DNA of 64,000 nucleotides from positions 25,084 through 89,083 of the forward strand of contig MU271224.1 in assembly GCA_021432655.1 (NCBI GenBank), given 5' to 3'. The DNA is from Atractiella rhizophila. Its lineage: Eukaryota. Shown here one piece after another: positions 1 to 12,802 of the stretch; position 1 is the first letter of the stretch; every line of letters begins with the position of its first letter. Under the pieces are notes generated by a model. The model was not told the origin of the DNA, did not search any database, and saw nothing but the letters and a program-made list of their open reading frames with translations. A program made the translations under genes and the position numbers.

Positions 1-2704
1 GTTATCTGGATCTGGCGTGCACTCTTTCATCAGAGCACTATTCATCGCCTCCCCGAGTTCTCGTAGGTATTTCTGAGTGATGGTTTTCGGCACAACGTCG
101 ATGATGGACTGAGCCCGTTAGTCAGAAAAGAGAGCAGCAAAGCTTATGTATGACTGACTTTATACGACACCTGAAGAAGACATCATAAGCAAAACCACTT
201 TTGGGAGAAATGATGCCAACCTTGAAGTACGACAAAACATCGGCCATAACGACAAGCTCTTCATCGTAATCATCAGGACCGAAGAGTGCAGGAAGTTTGT
301 CCACGCTGATGCCGTGACATCCAATCAATGCTAGCGCACTAAGAGCTGCACGGATTTGTGGATCCTTATCACAGAACTGAGGTATGTTTCTGACAGGAGC
401 TCGAATGCCTTGCATTGTTCGATAAAGTTCAGTTCTCGTCTGGACGAAATAGTCGAAATTCTGGGTGAAGGGGATGAAGTCCATGGAGACTTGATCCAAG
501 AGCGTTTTTCGGGTAGACAGGAAAAGTCCATCTGAGGCTTTCGAAAATATTTCACTATTCAGCGTCAGAACAGAAGTATCGCAGCACACAACCGAACAAA
601 CCTGCAGCGTAGAAACAGCCTGTCCTGGTAAAACTTGCCCGTGTTCTTCTCGCACAATACCGTGAACGTTCCTTCGACACTTTCGCGAACACGATCAAGA
701 CATTCGAGGGCAAAATCTTCCCAACACTCGGTAGACTTGCGGATCAGAGATGATTTAGCTGAGTATGGCGTTGAAAATGGGAGCTCCAGGCCTTTGTGCC
801 TGACATACCAAGTTAGCTTGGTTCTTTTGTTCCATAAACGCACAATCTAATGTGCTCCCTAACTTCAGGTAAATTCATGATCTCCCAATAGCCGTTTTCT
901 GAGTGAGGGAAGGCGTCGTGGTTCGTCTCCCCGATGCCGACGAGGAGATCCACATTTGTTACCTCTGAAGACGGAGTACTACCTCCGGATTCGGTACCCA
1001 AACTGAAATAAGGCTTGTGACCAGAAATCTGCCTCTCAAATTGCTTGTAGAACACGTCAATGCTTTGAATCAAACCTTCGTCTCCTGGAAGACAGTGTGT
1101 GTAGCTCCTGAACTGCCTCGCCAAGTCCTGGCATACCATGTGAAGTTCGTATATCGGATTCCCAGAAGGCTCGACAGGAAGGACTCTCGTTTCGAGGTCG
1201 ATTGATTTGAGGCGATCGACTATCATTTGGCGAATCGTTGGAAGGCTAACGGCACCTCAGCCACATTTCAATAACTGCTGAAGAAGTAGACAAACGATTT
1301 GCAAAATCGTTCGCTGAGAAGCTTTAGTATATAGCATTAGGGTGTTGATTACATCCGCTTAAGAGATCCGTACCTTGACTAAGTAAGTGACGAGGGATCC
1401 GATGCCCATCCGATCAACCTCATCATGGTTGCTCCACGGCTCCTCGTTTTGAAAGTACAACTTTTCCTTTTGATTCCAACCTGGTGTCCTCTCTTGATTG
1501 TATCCTGGTTGCATGGTGATGAAATATCCATGCTTGAGCGAAAAATCCTTGTTGCCGTTGTTGAAAACGGGTAGCCACTGTTGGAGGATTAGTTCCAGCT
1601 GCATTTGGCTCAAAGCGAAAAATCCTTGTTACTGTTGTTTCAAAACGGCTAACCACTGTTGGAGGATTAGTTCCAGCTGCATTTGGCTCAAAGCTGACTT
1701 CCCTTTGCTTTTGCTTCGGCTGGGGTTTTTCACACAGTCTGGCTTAGTGAGGACTCCTACTGAAAGTCAGACTCAGACTCCTGATTCATAATACAAGAAA
1801 GGACCAATTGTTCTCTTGCCCCTGGATCAGCGGCAGCGGCAAGTCGGAATGCAGCTTGGTTGTTCATGTCATCTAGGGATGTAGTTCAGTTCCGTTCAGC
1901 GGATGAAGAATGAAGAATGAACGGACCTGTCATTGGCATGGCCACCAGGATGATGTTGGATTCTACGCTCATCTGCTCAGCAACGAGAGACTGCACCAAC
2001 TCGATAGTGTTCTCGGATGAATTGCTCCCAGTGTTGCTGATTATTCCCTACAATCAAAGGTCAACGTAGAAACAAATGCTGTTTGGCGACACACGCACCG
2101 GTAGGTCGGTGAATACAAGGTTAGGAAGATAAGGGCCCATCTCTTCGACATGGATGATGTTCTTTGAGAATTGTTTCTTCCCCGACAGTCGTTGAACTTG
2201 TTCGTCAGGGTATCCAGTGGTGTCTCGAGGCAGTAATCGATGGAAAGATCCGAATGCCGCAGGTACATTTGCGCGCGAAGAATCCTTTCAGCACAGCCCT
2301 GGGATCTTGGCTGTTTTGCCCGAAATCCACAGTCTGAGATTCAGCAGCGGTCAGGGCATCACCGGTGGAACGGTCGTATCGAATTTGGATGCTGAACTTG
2401 TACTCGACCGTATCCATTGAAGGACAATTCGACATCGAAATCGTGATGGGACATCGAGTGCAAGTGTTCACATCTCGAGGTAAAGATATCTACTCAACCA
2501 TATTGAGGACTATGAAAGAAAGAGAGGATGGCGTACCTTGGAGATAGCTTCAACTAGAGAACTCTTTCCAGCGCTCTGGTTTCCAACCACGATGATACCG
2601 GGCAGTGGGATCTTCTCATCCTTGATTCCCAGTTTGCCCAACTCCGTCAGAAGTTGAGTGAGCTTGCTGGTTTCTTTTTCGTAAATGGCCTGGAGAGAAT
2701 TCAT
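1..2704 (-). pseudogene. Dynamin-superfamily (Mx-like, fungal expanded clade) GTPase; multi-exon, 3' end outside window, apparently frameshifted
   Basis: G1 VVGNQSAGKSS, G2 CTRCP, G3 FTDLPG, G4 GVLTKPD and LKHGYF motifs, plus stalk motifs GLELP and DVLSYFKVSYK-SIIDVVP after splicing. Three apparent 1-nt deletions lie at about 1820, 2205 and 2295, so it is either a pseudogene or contains local sequence error. Confidence 0.85.
1537..1694. repeat. Imperfect tandem duplication, two copies of a 77-78 nt unit, spanning an intron 3' end and exon start
   Basis: ccactgttggaggattagttccagctgcatttggctcaaagc occurs at 1575 and 1653; agcgaaaaatccttgtt occurs at 1537 and 1614. Confidence 0.95.
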
Positions 2705-4380
2705 GTTTCGATTCGATGATCGGTGTCTGGAAAATTCGCACTCACCAGAGGTTTTATAAGGCGGCTCAGAAGACCTGCTCAACGCGACTCCCCTAAAGAC
2801 CTCGACCTGCATATCATGAACGACGCAAAAGTAGCGAATCTGTTGTCTCACACAGGACATTCAGACCCACGCTGACTTCAGGAGTAGAGGTCCGGAGTTC
2901 TCTAGCTTCACTTTGCAACTCTAGCAGGGATGTGGCATGGATATGTCTCAACGCTGCGGAACTGCATCTTTGAACCTTTAGGATGAAATCCTCTGCGCTC
3001 CGCTTCGCAACTCTCAGAATTTCTGCTGCCCCATTTCTACTTGCATTACAAAAGCTAAATTCTTTTGTTTCAAAGTGTGAGTCGTCCTCCCGTCCGATCC
3101 AGATCGGCTCTGGATTCGGTCGTTTGGGACGGTCACGCTCGTCCCTGCGAGTCACAGGAATATGCCGCAGATTGACGTCCAGTACTTGTATTCCAAGTGA
3201 AAGCAACTTGAACGCAAAATAGTAAGTCACGGTAGGGGAGAGCAGCTCCACTATGTCCTCCCAGCCAGCTGCCATTACAGGCCTAACTTTAACGCAGATG
3301 TCGTGGTCAATTGGAGGTGCGATTCTGACCGGAGAAAGTTCTCGATTTATTGACGATTTCGGACTCAAAAACATCCCAAAGCTTTAAACAGGCCAGCCTA
3401 CCTGACTGTGCAGTTATTGAAGGGATGTCGATTGTGGTAATATGACTGGACGTAACGTTATACCATCCACAAAGCTCTTTGATACTATGAGCGAAATTCG
3501 ACTCGGGTGTTAATATTTCGAGATGTTATGTTTAATCAGATCATAATCAAGGACAGTTTGAATACCAAATGCTTCGAATCAGCGAAATCACGATGTCAAA
3601 TCACCCCAACCACAAAAGAGCTGATTTGAGAAAAAGAGTACTGTTTTTTCTTTTTTTTTTTGAGATACCTTTGTGATTTTGAGACTGATGTCCCACTTGC
3701 AGTACAGTATTTTAGTTCGCTAAGATGCTTGTGCTCAATTAAGCTGTACAACTTAACGTCCCATATTGCGCATGGATTGTGAGCAAGGTAAGGTTAAGCT
3801 AGCAGCTAGCAGCTGGAGAGAGGATGTTTTTTGGACATTGAAATATCTGAATCAGCCTCGATGTTGACGTTACGAACCCAAAAACCGCTGATAAATCCCG
3901 AAATCAACATTTGACTGAATGCGTTCGGATTTGCATCCTACAGTGCTCTGCAATAAGGAATACCTGAGTGAGACACAGCGACCGCGACCGTGAACGTGTC
4001 AGATTTTGTGCTTCTCTCTTCCACTGGCTTGTGAGGATATGCAAAGCACACTCCTTGTTTGTATTAGATGAGCTCTACGTGTCCGATTGATGAATCATTC
4101 TATCAAGCTACCCACTTAGTCCACAGCCGTTGACATTCCTCTGAGAATAGAATAGTGAGAGGGCAGACGCTCACTCTAGAATATTGTGTTCTGCTCGCTT
4201 TCCCTCGTTCCCACACGAATGGCGCTCCCTCCCAGCCTTTGATACGTAACCCCTAGCATTCTAAGCCCATTCCGACCCATCTGAACATCTGAACCAACGG
4301 TTGCTGATGTGGAACAATGCAAGTCGATGACAGTTGAATACTCAATCCAGCTTCCACCAACACCACTAGAATCGCAAACA

Positions 4381-7300
4381 ATGGACGATCCACGCTCGCA
4401 CTCTCGGCGGCTAGACCCACGTCGGCGCAGCGTGATCTCGCTCCCGTCCTTCCCCTCCTCCACGCACTCCCTCTACTCCTCCTCCTCCACCGCCTCCTCC
4501 TTCCCGCCCGACCTCATCCTCCTCCTCTTCCTCGTCCTCCTCACCCACTCCCTCGCCGTCCAGAGCATCCCTCCCTCCCTCCTCCTCCTCCCGCTTCTCC
4601 TCCTCCCCTCCCTTTCCCTCCGTTCTCTCTTCTCCTCTTCCACTTCCACTTCCGCTTCCCAGGCGCAGTCGCAGTCGCAGTCGAGCTATAGAGCTAAAAG
4701 TCACACGACGTGGTCTTTCGTGTCATGCATCGCAGCGTTGGAGGTGAGCAGGTGGGTCGGGTATTTGGTCGGGTTGGGCATGGTCGTTGGAGCGGAGGGC
4801 TGGGGGAGGTGGCGAGTGGTCATGCTCGCGATGAGGGAGGAGGAGTGGAACTGTGGCTTCTCTGCTTCCTTGCTGGGATTGAGTGGTGGAGAAGTGGGCA
4901 AGAGGAGAGGTGGGAAGGTGCGTTCACTCTCTTCCTTTTTGTTGAGCGGCATTCGTGTTCGCCCATTTTCCTTGTTTTTCAGAGATGAGTTCTTCCTTAA
5001 TTGATATAGGGAACATGTCGAACTCCTTCCTCTTCTTCAGTCTATAGCGCTCCTCGTCATCAACGAGCCGCTATCTAGATGCCTTATCCACGTAGTCATT
5101 TGTGGTCTTTCTTGTTCAGAATCAAGGAAATGTCTTGAAGTTTTGATTTGAACCTTCCTCGTTATCTGTACTCGTCCTCGACGCATCTATTTCATTTCAT
5201 TTCATCTCATTATTCATGATTACTTTCGTCCGCTTTTTGGCTCAACCTTCGTCCCATTCGACACTGAAAATGCACGAAAGGGAGGAGAAAGAAACATCTC
5301 CATCTAACGAGAAAGCAATTGGCGGGCTCCCTAACAGTGCCACTTAGACCCTCCTCTGCTTTTCTCCAACCTACACCTCTCAACTTATTAATGGAAAGAA
5401 ATGTGAAGGTGCTTCTTAAGAAAGGACGCCCCCTTCCCTCTACTTGCAAACGCTATCAATGTGTCCAGGTCTGGGCCTGGTTTTTGACTGCATGATTTTG
5501 GCGATATGTGATCTGCTGGCTGCATTTCCGCTGGGTGTTCAGGAAGCATTCTCGCTGGCTGTTCAGAAAGAGAGGGACGGTCGGCTGTATGGACGATATC
5601 TCAAAACGATGTTCGATTTGAAACAGAGGAAGAGTGTGCTATTTGCTTTGCTCGAGACACCGCCGACTTGCTTCATGGAAGAATGCACTGACGTCTATTC
5701 TAGCCGCCACAAACGCAGAAGAATGCTCTGTTCTTGACCACAACCATGCTCGGCGTTTCATTTCTCAGCGAGTGGCTCTTCTCCACAGGTACGATTATCA
5801 TACTCCCCCGTTTTTTTTTCCAACCGTCTGACATACGCGACATAGAATCCACCCTCAGCCTCGCCGTTAGCTATTCTGGCCTCACAATCTATCTCATCAC
5901 GAGTTCTCTCAAGCGTGATCTGCTCAACAATGCCTCTACGCGAGATGCGGGGGAGCGAGAGAGGATTTCGAACCGATCATCGCTCCTTGCGGCAATGTTC
6001 AGTCTCCCGATCGCAGGTCTGAACTACCTTCTCGCCGTACGTCATCACTTCTGACCCTGCCACCGCCATTTGATGCGATAACAGGGCTCGGGACCCTCCG
6101 CTCTTTATCCAGCGTTTTCAATGATCGTTTTCCCCGCACTCCTCCTCTCCATCCTGAGGTTCAGGATCATGCCTTCCGTCGACAGCGGGCTCTCGAATCA
6201 TGTCCCGAAGATCAAGCAGTTCAAATACGGATGGGTCCTCACCATCGTCTCCATGTTCTTTGTCGGAAGGGTTGCTTTCGATACTTCCATTCGAAAGGGC
6301 GACTGGAGCGTCGCCCTCGGATCCTATTGGTGTACGTTTCTTATCCTGGCCCATGTCCACTGCATGCATGAAGATGGTCTCGCTGATGTGGATGAGAAGG
6401 CATATCTAAAATGCTCCACTCCGATCCTCAACTCCTCCTCCAACTCACTTCTTCCTCGAGCGGACACGGTCCTGCGACCCCCCAAACTTTCCTTGAAGCG
6501 CTCGCCTATACCTGGAAACATACGAAGAGCACCATTAAAACCATATTGGACAATACGGAGAGTAGACGCATTTTCTTCTTCCTCGTCCTCAACCTAGCTT
6601 TCATGGGCATTCAAATGCTGTCGGTGTCTCTCTTTGCAGATTTGCAGCCGCTGACGGTAGGTTCGTTCAGGTATGGTATTTGGACAAACAGTCTCGGACT
6701 CATATCGGATTGTAAGATATCGCTGTCTTTCCCATCTATTATTAATATTTGTGCTTCAAGCGATTCACATGTTCTTTGACTGTTTGGCTCTGGCAATGGG
6801 ACTCTTCGCTTCAGTGATGGCAACATGGAGTCGAAACGACGTCTTCACCTACGGGTTTGTGCCTCGTCCTCGCACAAGAACCATCCTGACGCTAAACGGG
6901 TGGGCAGTTATTCGCGGGTGGAAACTCTCTCTGGATTCGCGAATGGCATCTTCTTGATGCTGATATCCGTCTTCATCGTCTTCGAAGCGATCCAGAGACT
7001 GATAGAACCGCCGGAGATGAATACGAATCAATTATTGATCGTTAGCGTGATTGGGCTCGGTGTGAATCTGGTGGGAATGGTTGCCACGGGTCATCACCAC
7101 CATGGACATTCTCATGGTCACGATGTGGGTGTTCATCTCAGTTCGATGTTATTTTGCTAACCTGTATGGTAGCATGGCCATGGTCATTCCCATGTAAGGA
7201 CTTAACTCCTCCGAGTGTTATTGTGCTAAGTTCTTGAAAGGGACATGATCATGCGCATGGACACCATGATGTAAGTACGCCTATCGTCCTAGCTTCTCTC

Positions 7301-8048
7301 CGCTTACCACTCAAATAGCATGGCCACGGTCATTCTCGTAAGCGATACATTAACCTCCAGCGTCCATACTCAACGAATAACCGTAGATGGACACTCACAT
7401 GGTCACAGTCACAATATGAAGGGCGTCTTCTTGGTCAGTCGTGTTGGAGCTTCTATCGAGCCCTGACTTTCTAACGCTACTCGTAGCATGTAATGGCGGA
7501 CACACTGGGCTCTGTCGGAGTCATCATCTCTACCCTTTTGATCACCCGTTACGGCTGGACTGGATTTGATCCGCTCGCTTCCATTTTCATCGCCGTTCTG
7601 ATCTTCGCGAGCGTCGTTCCTCTGGTCGTTGATAGCGGACGCGTCCTCTGTCTCGATCTAGGGGAAGATCTTGAGAACGACGTCAGGAAAGCTCTCGCTG
7701 AAGTTCGTGTCTCTCCTTTCTTGGAAGCCTTCCCTGAGCGTGCCCCTGTAGCTATCTTCCGTCGAAGGCCTCTCGTCCTATTCTGCCCCCCGCTTTTGGC
7801 CCAAAGACTCCGCCAGCGTCATCGGTTCAATCCATATTCAGCTCTCGCCTTCTCCTTCCTCCTTAGATCTAGACATCTCAAGACAGCAAGAACACTATGC
7901 TAACCTGGAGAAAGTTGTGAAGAGAGTAGAAAATGTTTTGCGAAGAGGGTTGAGCTCTCTGGAAGAGCTCATCGTACAAGTTGAAGGCTCGGAAGGGATC
8001 AAAGAATGTTGGTGCCTGAAGGGCGGAAACTTCGAGATGGATGGCTGA
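4381..8048 (+). CDS. MSC2: Cation diffusion facilitator zinc transporter, Msc2/Cis4/ZnT5 type (N-terminal membrane extension, His-rich loop)
   Basis: ESRRIFFFLVLNLAFM, YGIWTNSLGLISD, AIHMFFDC, YSRVETLSGFANGIFL, EAIQRLIEPPEM, HSHNMKGVFL-HVMADTLGSVGVI. The 5' exon structure is approximate. Confidence 0.88.
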
Positions 8049-8263
8049 CAGTCGAGTTTAGTTGGATTTTTGTGAGTAAACTGTGTATTGATTACAAGGG
8101 ATATGTTGCATTTAATTTATTGCTCTCATCCTCATCCTCAAGCCATCACTTCATTCGACCAGCTACAGAGAATTCTGGTCCCCTTGCCGGAATATATCTC
8201 AGCCGGCCCCGCTTGAATCTGGATGCCCAAAGGCATCAATATATCGATATGTGACCATCGACC

Positions 8264-9566
8264 ATGTCGAAAAGCAAAGTATTGTTCCTAGGCCTACCAA
8301 TTGGCATCCAATACGCGCAGGATCTCTGGGAAGCATTTCAGCAGCATTTTGACGTAGTTTTTAGCACAGAGGACACACGTCAAGAATTCATCGATGCCTT
8401 ACTGCAAAAGAAATACGGTGACTTCCATGCTATTCTAAAACCAATGGTCGAATTTGGAATAGCTCCAGGAAGGTGGGATCATGAGCTCGTTTCTCTCCTT
8501 CCAGAGACCATGAAGATCTTTTCCGCAGGTGGGGCTGGATTTGATACTGTGGACATTGAGGAATTCACAAAACGAAAGATATGGTATTCGAACTGCCCAA
8601 GTAGGCTTTCTTGGGATTATATACCAAAATCCTGACCGTCAACACAGATTCTGGGTCGGACGCTGTTTCCGATTACTGCCTTTGGGCGATCCTGTCGCTC
8701 TTCCGATATATAACACCATCCCTTCTGTCGTGCCACCTACAGCCTTCCTCCGCTTCTTCTTTCGACGACTCTCACACCCTCGTAGCAAAGCGGGCCATCA
8801 ATCCTCGCGGACGCAAGCTCGGCGTCATTGGATTTGGGCAGATTGGGCGAGAGACAGCAAACAAAGCACTTCTAGCCTTGGGGATGGACGTGTGGTTCTA
8901 CGACCCTCTATTTGGAAAGGGGGATGGCGTTGAAGGCTGGTCTGACAGAGCCTGCGATAGCTTGGACGAGCTGCTGAAGAAACCACTAGATGCTGTCTGT
9001 ATTTGTGGTACGCCTATCTCCATTTTGGGAACATATGATCAAGGTCTGCCTACAGTGAATTACAGTTCAAAGACGCATCACTTATGCGATAGTGAATTCT
9101 TCTCGAAGCTTCATAACGGCTGTAGATTTATCAATATCAGTCGCGGCAAGGTTGTGGCGGAGGAAGCACTCATATCGGCGCTTGACAGCGGAAAATTAGG
9201 TGGTGCAGCCCTTGACGTGCACTACAACGAGCCCTTAGTGCGTCCCATTCTTCCGCATTATGATCGTCAGGCCAGCATTCCAACTGTTGCTTAGATCAAT
9301 CCTCGACTTGCAAGCTTTGTCAGTGCCCTTTCCAGCTTGTGATCAAGATTTGAACAGCGCCGCAAAGGACAACGTTTGCTTGACTTCCCACATCGGGGGA
9401 GTGACCAGGGATAGCCACGAATCATTTGAAAGGACATCGATGGGAAACATCCTTGCTGTTTTCAGCCCGAATGGGAGGCCGAACAATGTGGGAGTTCAGC
9501 TGTCTGCGTGTCATTCTACTAACAGAATATCAGGCCGTCAACTCTTTCTCATCCATGTCTGTCTGA
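8264..9566 (+). CDS. D-isomer-specific 2-hydroxyacid dehydrogenase (glyoxylate/hydroxypyruvate reductase-like)
   Basis: GAGFDTVD, LGVIGFGQIG (Rossmann fold), FINISRGKVV, GAALDVHYNEP, LTSHIGG; spliced across short introns. Confidence 0.92.
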
Positions 9567-9834
9567 AACCTATTTCACTTGACGACCATCGCTATCATCG
9601 CTTCAAAATCGCCACGGTACTAGGAGGTGAAAGTTATGCTTCTACAGAACTTCGAACTTAGCTGGGATGACTTATTCCCGCTCATGCAAAAGATGGAGAC
9701 GATAGAATGCTCTGATCAACGTTTCTGATCGCTCTCAACATGTTAATTAGCTATTGGGTGATCAGCTTGATGTTTACAGTAGAGCCGCATGTTTTGTAAG
9801 CACTAACATTCTTGCTAAAGGCCAAACATTACTT

Positions 9835-12236
9835 TTACACGCGGCTGGTGGGGTCCTGCTCTGACATAAAAGTCGCTGCAGGCAAAAAAGCATCCAGCCA
9901 ATCGAAACTTCCGTAAGCTTCACTAGCGAAGTCAGACATAGAATTGGCCTGGTTGGCAGTGGATGGTGAAGTATGAGTTGTTCCTTGCGAGGGCAACTCT
10001 TGGCCGGGCTCGTCGCACAAGCAGATGCCAACAATTTTCCGCGCCATGTCCAGCGTTTCCGTCTCATCCATCCTTTTCTGCGCTGTTACATCTATTTTCG
10101 ATCGAGCGACTTTGATAAGGCCTTGCATGAGAAGTGAGTATCGAGCCAGCAAGTGATAGGGACGTGTTGAGGATGCTGCAGACTGAAATCGCTCCGCCAG
10201 CTGGTCGATGACTGAGAGCAGGACAGTTGACAACTCTACCTGCTGTCTTTTCTCGCTTTCTTCTAAAAGATGAAGCACCCGAACTGAGAAAAATGCACAG
10301 AAGGATATCCAGTTGACGACAGTGTCCGGCATACTATCCCTTAGGAATGAGTGGTCTTCAGTCGGGGAGGACATTCAATACCTGCTGAACCAATTTAAGT
10401 GCGTGGCATGCACAACAACCCATTCAATATTCTTGACGGCGATGCGACCTGGCAAAATAAGGAGGTCCATGAGGCTGAACGAAGATTAGTTACGACGGCG
10501 TGCTGACAACGCTAAGAACCCTCCCGACCTTGCAGCGATGGCACGCTCTTCTGCTGACCATTTCTCCCTTTGGCGGGAAAGATACGCTGGCAGGTGCCGC
10601 AATCACATGAGCATGTTGAGCAAGACGCCTGCTTGACATGCTCGGTGTAGCACCTGTATTGAGTCGACATAGGGTTTGTTGGTGCCAACAGCGGCTGAGT
10701 CCGTCATAGGTCACAGTGCACTGAAAAAAGAGGAAAGAGCACACCTGATAGCAATTCTAGTTTGGACTCAATCTCAACGAAGTCGCCCATAAACCGCATC
10801 GTCGACTTCGCAACGTGATCTATCGACGCTGCAGAGACATGGATCGGAGTATCTTCCAAAAAAGTTCAGCGCTCGAAAGGCTGTTCTTATGAAGCCAAGC
10901 TGTAGGAGGAGAGTATATCGAACTTCAAAAGGCAATTCTGTTGCAGAAACCAACGCTTCGAGAGAGTTGGTATCCTTGGTATTTTCACCACGCCCACGGA
11001 AAACCTGGTTGTATCCATGAGCCAGATAGACGCTGCTCCACTGTTGAAGACACTGAGTTGAATACAAAGGATCATAATTGGCACAAACCAAAAGCACTTT
11101 CTCCGAGAAGTGTTCAGCGTCGATCTCCAACTTGTCGAGCCCTATTTGTCGACACAGTTTAATGGCTGTATTTCGAAACATGGACGCATCTGGTAATCCC
11201 AAGTGCTCATCGGTCGAAGAGATCGGTACCCACTGTGCAAGGACTTCAAATGCCTGTGACCCCTTTCACTTCTTTTATCAGATAGTCGCAAAAATAATAC
11301 CCTGATAGTGTCGAGGACGTCTTTTTCACTCCAGAGATCGACATTTGCACTCAGAGCTCGGAATACGTGCTGATTTACAGTTGCCTGCAGATTTGACGTG
11401 ATGGCTGGGTCCGCCCATAGAGTATGCTCCGATGCTGTCAGCTGTATGACAGAAGTAAGAAAGGGATTGGGTTGCAGGGGCATCGACCAAAGGTGCCATT
11501 TGGAATATGACTGATCGTAGCTATTGTCAATCCAAGTCATTATGGAACAATTTTATGTTAGAAAGAATACATCTGCCTCAGTTCCTGTGCCTTGGTCTGG
11601 TCCAAGAATTGACTTCGGACAGGAAGGTGCAATTCAGCTTTGGGGAGATTCTCAATCCCCTTCTCGAAGTTTCTCAAAACCGTATCCAAGAATGACCATA
11701 AATCTCCATAATCCATAGAGTCCACAGTCCTTTCGTCCACTTCCGAAGATTCAGTAGAAAATAAGTTCGCGAATGCATGCTTGAAGTGGAATGTGTCGGT
11801 CAAAACTCGTTCGGATTGGGGCGTTATCGATGGCGTTGGCGAACGAGGGCCTGAACTGAAGGGTATAGAAGTCGCTGTAGACTGCTGCGTCCCACTGTAC
11901 GCAGGGTGGAGTGGAGATTCTGACGGTGGGCCGATTACGAAGGAGCAGGGGATGCTTAGAACGGAGCATCTGTGGCAACCGAGAGATGTTGATGGACTCG
12001 GTTCGCAGTGGGCTTTCTGCTTTCGACCTGTTCACGTATCCATCAGTTGGTTGGGATACAAGTCAATAATCAAGTTCATACGTGCATTGTTCACAAGCTC
12101 TTTAGGCTAGATTTAGCGCATTTTCCTTCACAAAACAAGATACTTACTTGGTGGTTCGTGGTCGTTTAGACCCAACCACCATCCGTCCGGCCAGAGCAGC
12201 TGCCGTTGGATCAGCTAAACGCTTGCGTGAATCCAT
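9835..12236 (-). CDS. Zn2Cys6 fungal transcription factor
   Basis: The spliced N-terminus reads KRPRTTKA-CEQC-RKQKAH-C-EPSPSTSLG-CHRC-SVLSIP-C, followed by a helical middle region. The Zn cluster is invisible in the ORF track because of a 14-nt micro-exon (12086-12099). The 3' end is approximate. Confidence 0.85.
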
Positions 12237-12245
12237 GTAGCGTGC

Positions 12246-12802
12246 GGGGTAATACCTTACCGTTCTGCCATTAAGGTATTGCCAACGTTCTGCCACAGCG
12301 ACTTTTTTGTTCTGCCATTGTTCTGCCAGGCAGGCGGCCACATCAGTTAGCTGCCATGCCGTTTTGGGAGCTTAATTTGAGCTTAACTTTGAATTCTTTT
12401 GAGGTGCTCTATTTTTATTGTAATTGTTTTGTCTCGTGTTGTTCTTTTCGAATCGAGAATGCCAAAACAAGAGTATCCACTCACAACGAAGAGCGCTTCT
12501 CAAGGAGTGAAGGAGGGTCATCTTCTGTGGTACACATTCCTGCAGCTTTCTGATCGTTCGAAGAGAGGAAGATTCAGGATCAGATGTCGTGAGCAAGTGT
12601 GTGCCCGTCTCAATCGACCATTTGGGCCGTGGGAATCCCTTTATTATATGCTTCTTTGAAATAAATGATATTGCCTGACTGCTAGATATGCCTACAATCC
12701 TCTGAAACTGCAATTTAGCGTTCTGCCCTTCTGCCATTCGTATTGCCATCTGCCATGGCAATACCTTATGTTCTGCCACGCCCCAAAATCGTATTGCCCC
12801 TA
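12246..12802. mobile_element. Putative non-autonomous DNA transposon (MITE/hAT-like relic)
   Basis: Imperfect terminal inverted repeat GGGGTAATAC...GTATTGCCCC. Seven TTCTGCC and several TATTGCC motifs cluster at both ends around an AT-rich core. No clear TSD. Confidence 0.55.

Noticed and set aside
1537..1694. CRISPR-like repeat
   Set aside because: Only two adjacent copies, no spacers, eukaryotic context and no cas genes.
4411..4704. Glu/Gly-rich antisense ORF, and similar shadow ORFs opposite GT47, URA9, Lnt and the kinase
   Set aside because: These are by-products of low-complexity or codon-biased sense exons.
6330..6460. Apparent frameshift in the zinc transporter
   Set aside because: An intron GTACGT...GAGAAG gives GSYWCISKMLHSD in frame.
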